From contig OZ024748.1 of the NCBI GenBank assembly GCA_964016885.1, positions 3,658,001 to 3,722,000 on the forward strand: a stretch of DNA of 64,000 nucleotides, read 5' to 3'. A program made the position numbers and the translations under genes. The DNA is from Eledone cirrhosa. Taxonomy: Eukaryota. Below are positions 1-11,825 of this stretch, piece after piece; position 1 is the first letter of the stretch, and each line of letters opens with the position of its first letter. Under the pieces are notes generated by a model that saw only the letters and a list, made by a program, of their open reading frames with translations, was not told the DNA's origin and searched no databases.

Positions 1-147
1 TCTCACATAATATTGAATCTATGAAATTTTAATATTTATTTTGAGAATAATACCTTAACATAAGTATGATCAGCTGGTTATGGTCAGTTTGAACAGAAAA
101 GGGCGAGAGAATTCTAGCTGGATACAGCCATTTTAAATGCTAAAGGG
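1..147. mobile_element. piggyBac-type ~200-bp MITE (partial, orientation A)
   Basis: Ends AAATGCTAAAGGG-TTAA; body matches the other copies. Confidence 0.85.
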
Positions 148-683
148 TTAATGTAGGTCTGGATGGAGATAGGAGGGTTGGAAAATCTATTTATGATAGG
201 GTACCAAATATATGCCAGTATGTTTGTGTACATGTATGGGTTGTTGACTTTTATTGGGTGTCTTAAGTGTTTGTGTCTTAAGTGTTCTTAGCTTATGGGG
301 TTTAGGGGTTTAAAGTGGTGGGGATTCACACATAAAAAGGGAGCAATTGATATATAAATAAATGAATTAGCAGCAATATAAACAATGTCACAAACGTTCA
401 CATAGCCATTAACCCAGTTGTTTCCACACCCTTTTTACAACTAACACCCCATTTATTGAAACAGATTTTCCCACAGACTCCCCAAAAGTCAGTTCCGGTC
501 TTGTGTGCTTGGTGTTGATGTATATAAAAAAAAAAGAGGTTAAATAAAATGATATAAATAACTGGTGTAGTATTTGTCTAGCAAGTGACTTTATCTGAGA
601 CCTTTGAAACTGAAGCAGTAGAACTGTATGTGACCAAGTCACAAAGAGTGCTATGAACATTTTGACACTAAGAAATAAATTAA

Positions 684-885
684 CCTTTTAGCACTTAGAC
701 CTGATGTATCCGGCAGGAATTCTCTCACCTCTTTCTGTTCAAACCGGCTGGTTACAGCCACTCATACCAATGTTAAGGTATTGGTCTCAAAATAAAAATA
801 AAAATCTCATAGATTCGATATTATGTGAGGTAAAAGCCTTTACCATGAAAATATAATAATATAGAGTAATGTAAATGCTAAAGGT
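684..885. mobile_element. piggyBac-type MITE (orientation B)
   Basis: TTAA flanks, CCYTTTAGCA termini, shared body. Confidence 0.85.
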
Positions 886-992
886 TTAATCAATGGTATA
901 TATATATATATATGTTTATGTTTATCCCGGGTTCAATCGGGGGTAACCACAGTAAGTAAGGTACTCAATACAAAGCAGAGTATAAATATTTT

Positions 993-1092
993 ATATAGAA
1001 AGGCTTCTACAGGACTAGAAGTTTCATTCGGGAGAAATCATCTGATTTCTCCCAAATGAAACAGTTCTAGTCCTGTAGAAGCCTTTCTATAT
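993..1092. repeat. Fold-back repeat; single arms also at ~5353-5400, 10413-10462, 28231-28282
   Basis: ATAGAAAGGCTTCTACAGGACTAGAA ... TTCTAGTCCTGTAGAAGCCTTTCTAT. Confidence 0.88.
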
Positions 1093-2580
1093 TCTATATA
1101 ATATATATATATATATAAAAATAAAATGAAGTTAACAGTCTTACTGTGTTGTTGAATGGCTAAAATGACTTCCCCAATGTAACTGATATAAATAGCTATT
1201 AGAAGGAAAACTGTTTTTAAACAACTTACCATCAACAGACAAAGAGTTATATGAATTTATATCTTCTTTGCAACTATTCTTGGAGAAGCTGCTAATGTAA
1301 ATACCACCTTGGTACAAGTAGACTGATGTAATACGTTGTCTTTGACTACTTTTAGACTTAGTAACTGGTTACTTTTTTATTAAATGGAATGGGGTACATC
1401 TCTGGTGATTTCCATGAAGAGTCTTCAAGTTGTATGATCAACAAAACAGTCCACTTGTGAAATTAACATCTAAGTGGCTGAGCATTCCAGATACATGTAC
1501 CCTTAACATAATTCTCAGGGAGACTCAGTATGACACAAGCTATTTGAATTACAAGTACAGTCCATCCTGTATTATAGTTTAAGTGGCTGAGTATTCCACA
1601 GACACATATGCCCTTAATGTAATTTTCAGGGAGGTTCAGCATGACACAGTGTACAACAAGGCTGGTTATTTGCATTACAGGTACAGTCCATGTGACAGGC
1701 TTCCACACAGTTTCTGTCTACCCAGTTTCACTGACAAGGCTTCAGTCAACCAGAGACTATGGTAAATAACACTTGACTATATGTCCACAACACTTTTGTA
1801 ACTTCCAGCTTGCAAGACTCACACCTGCTGCAGCAGGTAACTAACTCTGTGCTGATGGTGGTGGGTAGGGAGGTGGCCCTAGGGCCAAAGATACCAGAAG
1901 TCTCCACTGCTAAAGGCTCCACTGCAAACCTGTCAGAGAGTGACTGATATTTGGAGAAACTAAATACTAAATTTATACAGCTTCTTGTTTTATTTTTTTT
2001 AAATTGTTTAGTCAGAGAGGGAAGGTCATTGCTTATTACTCTTTCTCATGACCTCAGAGCCTGGGGGGAGGAAGTAGAGAGGGGAAGATATCTTCAAACT
2101 GGAGACATGGTTCCAATATTTTGTAACAGAGTGGACTCTCCTAAAGACACACAAGACCCAGTTAGTGGTGTTATATACATATATATGTGTGTATGTACAT
2201 ATGTATATGCCAAACTGTACTCTTTGTTGTTACTTCTAAACACCTCAAGTGTTAAGATTTAGATAAAGACTGTAAGACATTGCCCAATGCTACAAGAGTT
2301 TAGAGGGGGTAGCTAAATTGTTACCTAGCTAACCTGATCCATACAACAGAGGGGGCAGCTATACAAGCAGCAGCAGCATTAGTAGTAGTAGTAGTGGTGG
2401 TGGTAGTGGTAGTAGTAGTAGTAGCAGTAGTTGTAGTAGCAGCAGCAGTTGTTAAACCAGTTTAGGTTTCCTTCCTTATATATTAACACAGAAAATTTCT
2501 AGTCAAAACACAGCTCAAGGGAGATAACCCCATATTATAGCTGTGTATTGAAGAAACAACAGTACGTCTTTGGTTTTATG

Positions 2581-2678
2581 AAACCAATTTAAAGGGTTCC
2601 TATTTAAAACCAATTTAAAGGGTTCCTATTTAAACCAACTTAAAGGGTTCCTATTTAAAACCAATTTTAAAGGGTTCC
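2581..2678. repeat. Four ~26-bp tandem repeats
   Basis: AAACCAATTTAAAGGGTTCCTATTT x4. Confidence 0.9.
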
Positions 2679-3286
2679 AGCATAATTTAATATAAAAACC
2701 GTTAAGTTACGTAATAATAGTTTTAATAAATTCCTTCGAACGCTTCATTATTTGAAATACAGTATATTTCAAAAGGAAAGGAAAGGCAAGGGCTCTAGGG
2801 TCATAAAAGAATGGGAGGGTCATGGGTTCTAAGCGGTGTTGATGCTGCGTCCTGCCGCCAAGACCGCGAGAGCATACCCGCAGACAATTGGAACAGCCAC
2901 TCCACCTCGCGGGGCTCCTTCCTCAGGCAGATGGCTGACGTTCAGATCTTGTATGTATCATGTTTTAACCAGAAATCAATTATTGGGACCTTAACCCTTG
3001 GTGGAGTTTGGGGGGGGGGGGGGGGGTTGAAGGAACACCATAAGACATGGTGTGTCTTGGGCGCATTTTAAACCTTGCTGGGGCCATCCCTCTCCTGCCA
3101 ATGTCTTCCATCTTCCAGAGATAGAAAGAGGAAGATAAAGAGATAAAGAGCAAGAATAGATCAAGTACAGAGCTGGTACTTTACTTGTAGGCCTCAAAAA
3201 AATAAAAGACAAAGTTGACTGACCAGATTTGAACAGAGAACATGGTGAGTCAGAACAAATATTGAGACATTTTTAATCAGACCTCC

Positions 3287-3925
3287 AAAGGTGGTGGATT
3301 GGCAGTATCGGTAGAGGGTCGGACGCCATGCTTTGATGCATAGAGTTACAGCCCTTTCCAATCTGAGTTCAAATCCCGCCGAGGTTAACTTTGCCTTTCA
3401 TCCTTACGGGGTCGATAAAATAAAGTACCAGTAATACACTGAAATAATTGCTGGCCTTGTGCCAAAAGTAGAAACAATTATTACAGACAAAGCGAGGGGG
3501 GGGGGGGGCAGTTGAATCATTTGAGCGTCGGATAAAATGCTTTGCAGTATTTAGAGTTGAAATCCTATTGAGGTCAACTTTGCCTTTTGTCCTCCTGAGG
3601 TCAATATAATCCCAATTCAACCCCCCACCCCCATAACTTGCTGGACTTTTGTCTAAATCAGAAATAATTATTACAAAACAAAAAATTTTTTAAAAGGTGG
3701 TGGATTGGCAGCATTAGCAGAGCAGTGACGGAAATGATCTGAGGTATTTAACCAGACTCTTTACGATTAAATCTCGCTAACGTCAACTTTACCTTTAATT
3801 TTTCCAAGGATTGAGGGTAGGGGTGTCAATAAAATAAGGTACCAGTAATGTACTGATGTTGGTATAATTGACTTTCTTTCCTCCCACCAAAATTGCTGGC
3901 TTAATACCAAAATTAAAAATCATTA
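3287..3925 (+). mobile_element. Three tandem tRNA-derived SINEs; other copies ~5082-5196(-), 16785-16917, 22065-22215(-), 36320-36455, 44745-44885, 62890-62965(-)
   Basis: A-box-like TGGCAGTATCGGT, B-box GAGTTCAAATCC, conserved body GCCTTTCATCCTTNCGGGGTCGATAAAATAAAGTACCAG, tail GTGCCAAAAGTAGAAACAATTA. Confidence 0.8.
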
Positions 3926-6799
3926 CTGACACAAACCAGAGAGAGAGACTAATCTAAGAGACAATAATTCTATTAGTCTTTCCACTGGTGATATTATCTA
4001 ATGTTCACAACTTCTGGTGGGATTTGAACTCAGAACATTCAAAGCCAGGCCAGATACTGCAGAACATTCCATCTGACTCCTTTAACAATTGCACAAATTC
4101 ACTGATCCAGGACTGCTTCAGCAGTTTCCATTTACTACATTCCATTCACAAGGCATTGATCTACCTGAGGCTATAGTAGAAAATATTTTCCCAATGTACC
4201 ATGTAGTGGGACTGAACCCCTAACCACACAGCCATGTTTACACTTTGTAAAAGATGAAACAAAAATTGCAACAACAACAACAACAAAATCAATTTTATGG
4301 AATATAATTACTGTTACTGTCAAATAAAGAAGTTTAAGATGATTCACAAGTTTAGTTGAAATAAATTTTATGCCCATTTAAAACTGGAAATTATTGCACC
4401 ATGATGCCTGGCAACGAATCTTTAACTGTTTAGATTGAAGGATAAATAAAACCCTGTTTGTATGATAGAAACAGGGAGTGCAAGTAAAGACTGGAATGGT
4501 AGTGAGAAGATAAAACTGCCATTAGCTGCCTTTTAAATGTTAACATGGCTTCACACCTCACTTTTTTTTTTGTTTTTGTCGTGTGACCTATATTTCACTG
4601 CATGGACATACAGTTTCTATTCATTGTAGCTTGCTCTGCTTCAGAAAGAAACCTCATACTACCGTTAGGTGGATGTTAACTACTAAATTAACTTGCAGTT
4701 CTGTAAAAGTTAACTCTTTAAAGTTTGTTTGTTGTTGTACGTTTTTTCCAGTAAAGCACAGAAGAGCTTGAAGAAGATAACTTTCCTTTTGAAGAGAAAC
4801 AATAAAATAGAAATGGGAAGAGCAAAGAAGAGAAGGTGAAAGAATAAATATTTAAGCCAAGGTGATAACAGCCAAATGTGGCATAGACAGTAGCAGTAGT
4901 ATTCTAGTATATAGCTCCTCTCAAGTAGTAACTAAAGCCATTGCTAGTCTATAGAAGACAGCAGTCAGACTAGAAACATGCCAGTGATCCTATGAGCTGA
5001 GGTTTTTCCCTATCGATCATCTAAGCATTAAACAGTAAAAAAGAATATAGTTCGACACATTTTCAAATGGTCATAAATAATTGTTTCTACTTTAGGCACA
5101 AGGCCAGCAATTACCCAGTGCATTACTGGTACTTTTATTTTATCGACCCCGTAAGGATGAAAGGCAAAGTCAACCTCGGCGGGATTTGAACTCAGATCAA
5201 ATGGTCATAAATAATAAGCTAGAAAAAGAATTAAGATAACACACACATACAAATATGTTTTTAAAAATATTTTTTTCCAGAGAGGAATGGAAGGGAACCA
5301 CAGTTAAATAAGGCCCTCAGGTCATTAGCAGAGAAGGTACATATTTATTTCATATAGAAATGACTTCTCTAGGACTAGAAAAACTGTCATTTCAGACGAA
5401 TGAAACAATTCATATATATAAATATATATACACAGAGTGTCCCCAAAAAACGCATACACACTTTAACAGCATTCTAATAAATATTGCCTGTACAGATAAT
5501 CAAAGTGTGTATACATGTTTGGGGGCACACCATCTGTATTATATGACAATGGAAATATGTTAGATCTGCATGACTCATAGTATCTTAGCAGTTCTCCCAT
5601 AAACATTGTAATCTGAAATAGAAAATTAATTTTAAAAAACAAAACAAAAAATGAAATCCTTTAAAGAAGAAAAGAAAGATGTTTAGAGTTTCTGTTAGTA
5701 GCGAGCTTTAACCCTGTCTTCTACGGACTTAATGTGTTTCATAGTTAAGCTATAATTACAAAATATTTATTGAACATCTGGAGTTGGCGAATTATAAAAT
5801 AATAATAAGAAAAAATAATTCATTTTAGAGAAGAAATTAAGTCCAATCTGCGAAATCATCATAATTTTACATGTGATTCTCTATACCTTAGCTTAGCATG
5901 TGTTGGACAGGTCCTCTTTACTCACAATATAGCTTTGACATCTGAGATTTTAACATTTGGAGATCAGCTCTAACCACCTCTGGCCAGATCTTTCTTGGTC
6001 TTACATGTCACATTGTCCAAACCTATGCAGTCTTCTCGCACACTACATCTGATTCCTCTTATATCCAGCTTTTTATTCATGGCTCTCCCTACACATCCAA
6101 TGGAGCATGCTCACTTCATTTCTCTCCAGCCTTTGTATATCCTCAGCATTTTACCTTCCATATTTAGAAATAAAAATTCATCTTCTATGAGGGAACAAAA
6201 GATTATGGCATCCATCAAAGGGATGTATAAGATTTAAATAGACATCTATATACATAGTCATTATTAATTTAAATCTTGTGAGTTCAAATGAGGTCCAATA
6301 AATCTTGTATTTAATTAAATACATTAAACCTAATCTTTTGAAATCAGAAAACAGATTTCTCTGATACCAACCAGACCAAAATTCTCTCTGGGTTTATGAA
6401 ACAAAGTCATCCATTTTTTAAGGTTTTTTTTTTAAATTAAAATCTTGAAATAATAATTTATTAAATTCCTCAATATTCTTCATCAATAAATTGAAATAGA
6501 GTGTATGTCATGAAAAACCGTCACAAGGAGGGTTAACATTTACTTAGTTTTTTGTAAAGGTATGTTAATAGTTCATTTAGTTTTGTGGATGTTGTTGGTA
6601 TAATTTAGTACAGGTACATCAATCCTAATTTACTACCAAGAAATCATTAGCATGACCTCAGCAGAATGAGGTTAAGACTTTTATTACAATATTAAAAAAC
6701 AACACTGTATTTGAATTAGTTAATGAAAACGTTGGAAGGATTTACTAAAAATATTAATTATTTCATTACTAGGCTGTTATTTATGACATAACAAATTAA

Positions 6800-6982
6800 C
6801 TCTTTAGCATTTAAACTGGCCGTATGCAGCTAGAATTCTCTCGTTTCTTTCTGCTGAAACCAGCCACTCACATGAATGTTAAGGTATTGTTCTCAAAATC
6901 TCATAGATTCAATATTATGTGAGGTAAAGGCTTTACTGTGAAAATATAATAGTATATATAGAGTAATGTAAATGTTAAAGGG
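6800..6982. mobile_element. piggyBac-type MITE (orientation B)
   Basis: TTAA at 6796-6799 and 6983-6986; shared body. Confidence 0.85.
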
Positions 6983-7478
6983 TTAAACAGAAACAGTTCA
7001 AAATTGGCAGTTTTGATTCATAGAACCCGAGGCAGTTGTGGACGGTCTAGTATCAAAAGGCTTGACACAATAGTGAATGTTGTGCAGCTAGTAGTTCTTA
7101 GTTTAAGAATTTGTACATTCCAAGAGAACTCACTGAATCTATAAAGCAGTTTCTCTTATCAATGGAATGTATTGAAACAGAAGGTAGCACTAAGTGACAG
7201 CCATCACACAGCATTGATATATAGACATTGAATAGATATATTCTGAATAAACATATGAATGAGAGAGAGAGCTAAGACACCACCAGACAAACTGAGAAGA
7301 TTAAGTAAAATACAATAAACTAATAGAGATGGTTAAGGCTCCTTAATCTATGACATCTATATATACATTAACATCTAAAATGTTGAGGCTCTTTTCCTAC
7401 TAAATCAAGCATTAAACTAATATATATCATCATTGTACTGTATTGTTCTCCCGTATTATTTTTTCTTGTTGACATTTC

Positions 7479-7536
<58 letters not shown>

Positions 7537-7649
7537 ATGTATATATATATATATATATATATTATATTTGTGATTAAGTTAGACTTGGCTTGGGTCAATA
7601 GTGGCTGAAACCTATCAAAGTTATATATATATATATATATAAAGAAAGA

Positions 7650-8760
7650 GGGAGGTTGTGAGGGTAGAGTCCTCAGACAGACCTTCCTGATAGTTCTATC
7701 GGAAGCATCCATTTCCAAATAATCTACCTGGATCTCCAAGGCCAATAAACTGGTGGATATTATCAAACCATCTTGCTTGAGGTCTATCTCTGAGCTGTCT
7801 CATGACATAGATAAGAGCAAGCATGAGTACTAAATTGAAGATAAGTGAGTTTGGCTTTTACACCTATCTCCTTTCTTCTGATTACTAAATGTTGAAGTTG
7901 GTGCATTACTACACCAGCTCCAGCAACTCTTGCATTTAATTCAGCTTCCTGCCTTCTATCACTTTTAAAACAACACTGAGATTATGTGAACTTCTCCACC
8001 TGCTTCAGTGTAACTCCACTGTAGAGTGCATTGTGAAGGCTTTCCTTAGTGTCTCAGTCATTGCAGCCGTTCTGCCTTGTAGCACTCACCAGTAAATCTA
8101 TCAACTGCATGTTGGAGATCACCTTCTGGTGAGTTAAGTATCACCATATTGTCTGCAAATATCAGTCGGGCGATCTTATACTCACCAGATCTGATACCAC
8201 CTCAACCTCAGCTGTGAAAGTCAATCCTATTCATGAAGATTATGAACAGTACACACCCCTGGCAGTTTGACACCCACATTGAATGGTTTCAACTTAGAAC
8301 CATTTATTCAAACACAAATACTAGAACAGAGTGAATATTTGGTCAGTTGTGCTAAATCTAGAGCGTAAATCACACAGTTCATCAGCTAGCTTGGACTCAA
8401 CAATATCCTTACATCTCTTTACCAGACACCTAGTTTAAACTTTAATGGAGAGGCTTACAAAGAACAATCTTTCCTCTCATTTTGAAAATTGGGATTATCA
8501 CTTCTGATTTCCATTGCTTTGGTGCCTTTCCAGTAATGGAGGCCACCAATCTCTCACAAGTCAGTCAGGGTATACCTTTCCATCTCTGGGTGAATTTCAT
8601 CCTCCCCAAATGCCTTGCCATCTTTCATTGCTTTAATTGATGTGGTGACCTCAGCCTTCAAGAGGATAAGTCCTCGTCCCTAGATCCCCCTCAGATGTTT
8701 AAGGGAGCAGATTTAGGAGAGCAACAAAGTATTCGAGCCTTGCCTATCTAAACCCGGTAC
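7650..8760 (-). mobile_element. Decayed RTE-clade (Rex3/Expander-like) LINE fragment
   Basis: QGCVL-like and LIFADN RT motifs on - near 8265 and 8155; its 3' tail at 7650-7780 matches the copies at 55250-55400 and 21325-21460. Confidence 0.7.
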
Positions 8761-9160
8761 TAACACACACACATGATATACACACACAAACATGCATGTT
8801 ATTGAAATTTTCTGTTCGAATTCTACACGTCATCAATGCATTCTGTTCAGTCCTTTTAAAATCGAATTATTATGTAACATTGACTTGATCGCGCAACAAC
8901 CATTTGGGTGATAAATTATATATATATTGAGAGAGAGGGAGGGGGAGAGAGAGATAATGTATGCATAATGTTTAAGAAAGGTTCAAAATATTTAATTAAA
9001 TAAAGAAAAAGTACTAAAATACAAGGTTTTTTTTTTTCCATATTCACATTGCAACAAAAATAATCATATGTATCTTTATTCTATATAGAAACGTATCGTG
9101 TACTTTATGTAACTGTGGTCATTTCCCGATCCCCATTGGAAATCCACCCTCAAATCTTTC

Positions 9161-9208
<48 letters not shown>

Positions 9209-9997
9209 ATAATATTTATTCCTGTAGTTTAAAAACACCAAAATTTGACATTGCGGTCTGATTAATATCATACTAAGCTAAACTTTACAGGTTTTTACAA
9301 GAACATGTAGTGGGTTTAATTAATTCCTTGGTCGAAAGTTAAAAAATAAATTGAAATTGAAATACCCAGGCTGTATAGAGAGATCTGATAGCATTGTAGT
9401 ACTATCTAGTATATATAAAGTGTTTGCTTATATATATATATATATATTAACCTTCAGGATTGTGAAAGCCAATAATGCCAGCTCACACACAGTTCCATAC
9501 AATTCTAGCTCATGACGAACGAACGAAACCACATTTCTTCTCGAAGTCAAATTAATAGAAAGAAGAAAGCAACATAGAAAAAAAATAACACAAAAAAAAA
9601 CTAGGGATTCATTGATTGACAAGGGTTGCTTTACAAAAACTGGGTACGTTCGACAGGGATTACTTTGCAAAAAACTGGGTACATTCTTAAATTTCCAAGC
9701 ATAAAACATACGCAGAAAGATCTGTTAATGTTTGCAGCGAATGCATATTTTCAGCTAGATTTGCTAGATGAACTGAGGGAAGGAAGTAAAGGAATTGATA
9801 TACTGTGCTTAGCCAAAGACTACAAAATCTAGTAGTATAATTATAAAGACGAACACGACTATATCTCTGTAGAATGTTGGCTGAGTGATTGTGCAAAATG
9901 GCAATAAAAAAACCTATTGACTTCTTTATATCTTTATACAGTTGCATGTAAAATGTAATTAATTTACTCTAATGTAATCTCTACAGTATGTTCATAT

Positions 9998-10032
<35 letters not shown>

Positions 10033-11056
10033 GTTTCCCAAAAAATGTATACACACTTCAACAGCATTCTAATAAATATGTGTGTACATTTTTTGGACCA
10101 TCCTGTGTATATATATATATATAACCAAAGATTAATATTTTATCTGATGAGGACGTACTGAAAAAATAACCTTTGAAATATATATAATAAAGCATATATT
10201 TTAATTATGTGAATATCTTTCATTTGTTAATGTTTTGAATAATATATATATATATATATATATAATGTAATCTCTAGGGTATGTTATATATATATAATTT
10301 TGGTCAAGTTCGCTATTTAAATATCTTTTTCTCTTCCCCTTAGCAATATATAAATACCGAACTTAACCAAAATTATTTGACATTCCTTATGATTCCAAAC
10401 GAATCCATTTCATATAGAAATGACTTCCACAGGACTAGAACTGTTTCATTCGATTGAAATCAGAAGGACTGAAGATAAATTAAACTATTTTACTGATTGT
10501 TATACGACACTACAAATTTTACTTAATAATATTATTGAGTCTCTTCTATCTGTCAATATTTTACAAAAACACACACACGCAATGATTAAAGTCAAACTTG
10601 AGCTAAAATATTAATGTCTCTGTATCTGGGATAAAAAGGAAAAAAAGTTGAATCTCAAAATAGTGCAGCCTGGAAAATTAAATAATTTATTTGATGATGC
10701 GATATAATAAATAAATAATATTCTTCGAAGTAACAAAATAAAAGAGAATAAATGGCAATATTGTTTTTAGAAGATTTTATTTAGATCATCTCGGTTCAAA
10801 GACCTCGGTAGTGGTCAAGACGAAAGTCCATTTGAATTTCAAGCCAGACCAAGGAAGGAGAAGTTCAAGAGCAAGGAATGGACACTAGACTTGCTCCAAC
10901 ACCACAACTGACCATCTCTCTACGTCTAACATATATCGTACACCAAGTAATTTTTAGAGAGAGAAAGATAATGGATAAACAATAAACTCCATTGCCAAAT
11001 GTAAAAATCTTGTTCCTTAAATTAAACAGTTTTTACCGATAGTTTATATATACATA

Positions 11057-11157
11057 CAGGGTGTGCCCAAAAAATGTATACACACTTCAACAGCATTCTA
11101 ATAAATATTGCCTGTACAGGTAATCAAAGTGTGTATACATTTTGGGGGAACACCCTG
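11057..11157. mobile_element. ~100-bp Tc1/mariner-like MITE; other copies ~5433-5536, 10029-10105, 19187-19287, 36218-36293, 44563-44656
   Basis: ~30-bp TIR CAGGGTGTCCCAAAAAATGTATACACACTT, TA flanks, shared core AGCATTCTAATAAATATTGCCTGTACAGG. Confidence 0.8.
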
Positions 11158-11159
11158 TA

Positions 11160-11190
<31 letters not shown>

Positions 11191-11757
11191 AACCATTGTA
11201 CTGTACTGTTCCTCCGTGATGTTTTATCCTTGTCGACATATTTTTCAAATGCCTCTTTATTATTTGATCCAAATTAAATCAACCCCAAAACTGTTCTGTT
11301 TACGATCGAAGTATAATCTGGTAAATAACTATTTATTTAATGTACACTGATTGGGTCTGGGACTACTTTAGGCTCTTTGTAGTGTATAATATACTTATAT
11401 ATATATATATATATAACAAAATTAGCAAATAATGTAGTATGCTTAGCTGGCAAGAAAACAATAAGCAATATAGTAATACAAATATACTTAAGTACATTGC
11501 AAAAATGAAACAGGGTTATATTTGAAATGGAATCAAAAATACTTTAATTTTAAAATAATAATTAATAATTATAATATTTTGCTTTATATAGCATTAACAG
11601 TTGTCAGATAACAAAACATATATTTCTCATTTAAGCTTCGTGGTTTTACAAAATCAACTGTTTATTAGGACGAATTATATATAAGTTCTTTTAGTAAATA
11701 TCCCGATCTCATTGCCTGGTTTCTACAAATAGAAGGTTATATACTATACATAGCTTC

Positions 11758-11825
<68 letters not shown>

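Noticed and set aside
3287-3380. tRNA genes (also ~23860-23935 and 44348-44405)
   Set aside because: Only A/B-box remnants with no cloverleaf; at 3287 and 23860 they run into SINE bodies
10785-10950. Exon-like GC-richer patch sharing 14-15-mers with ~15434 and ~25352
   Set aside because: No frame stays open to a donor, and matches this short are expected by chance in 64 kb of AT-rich DNA
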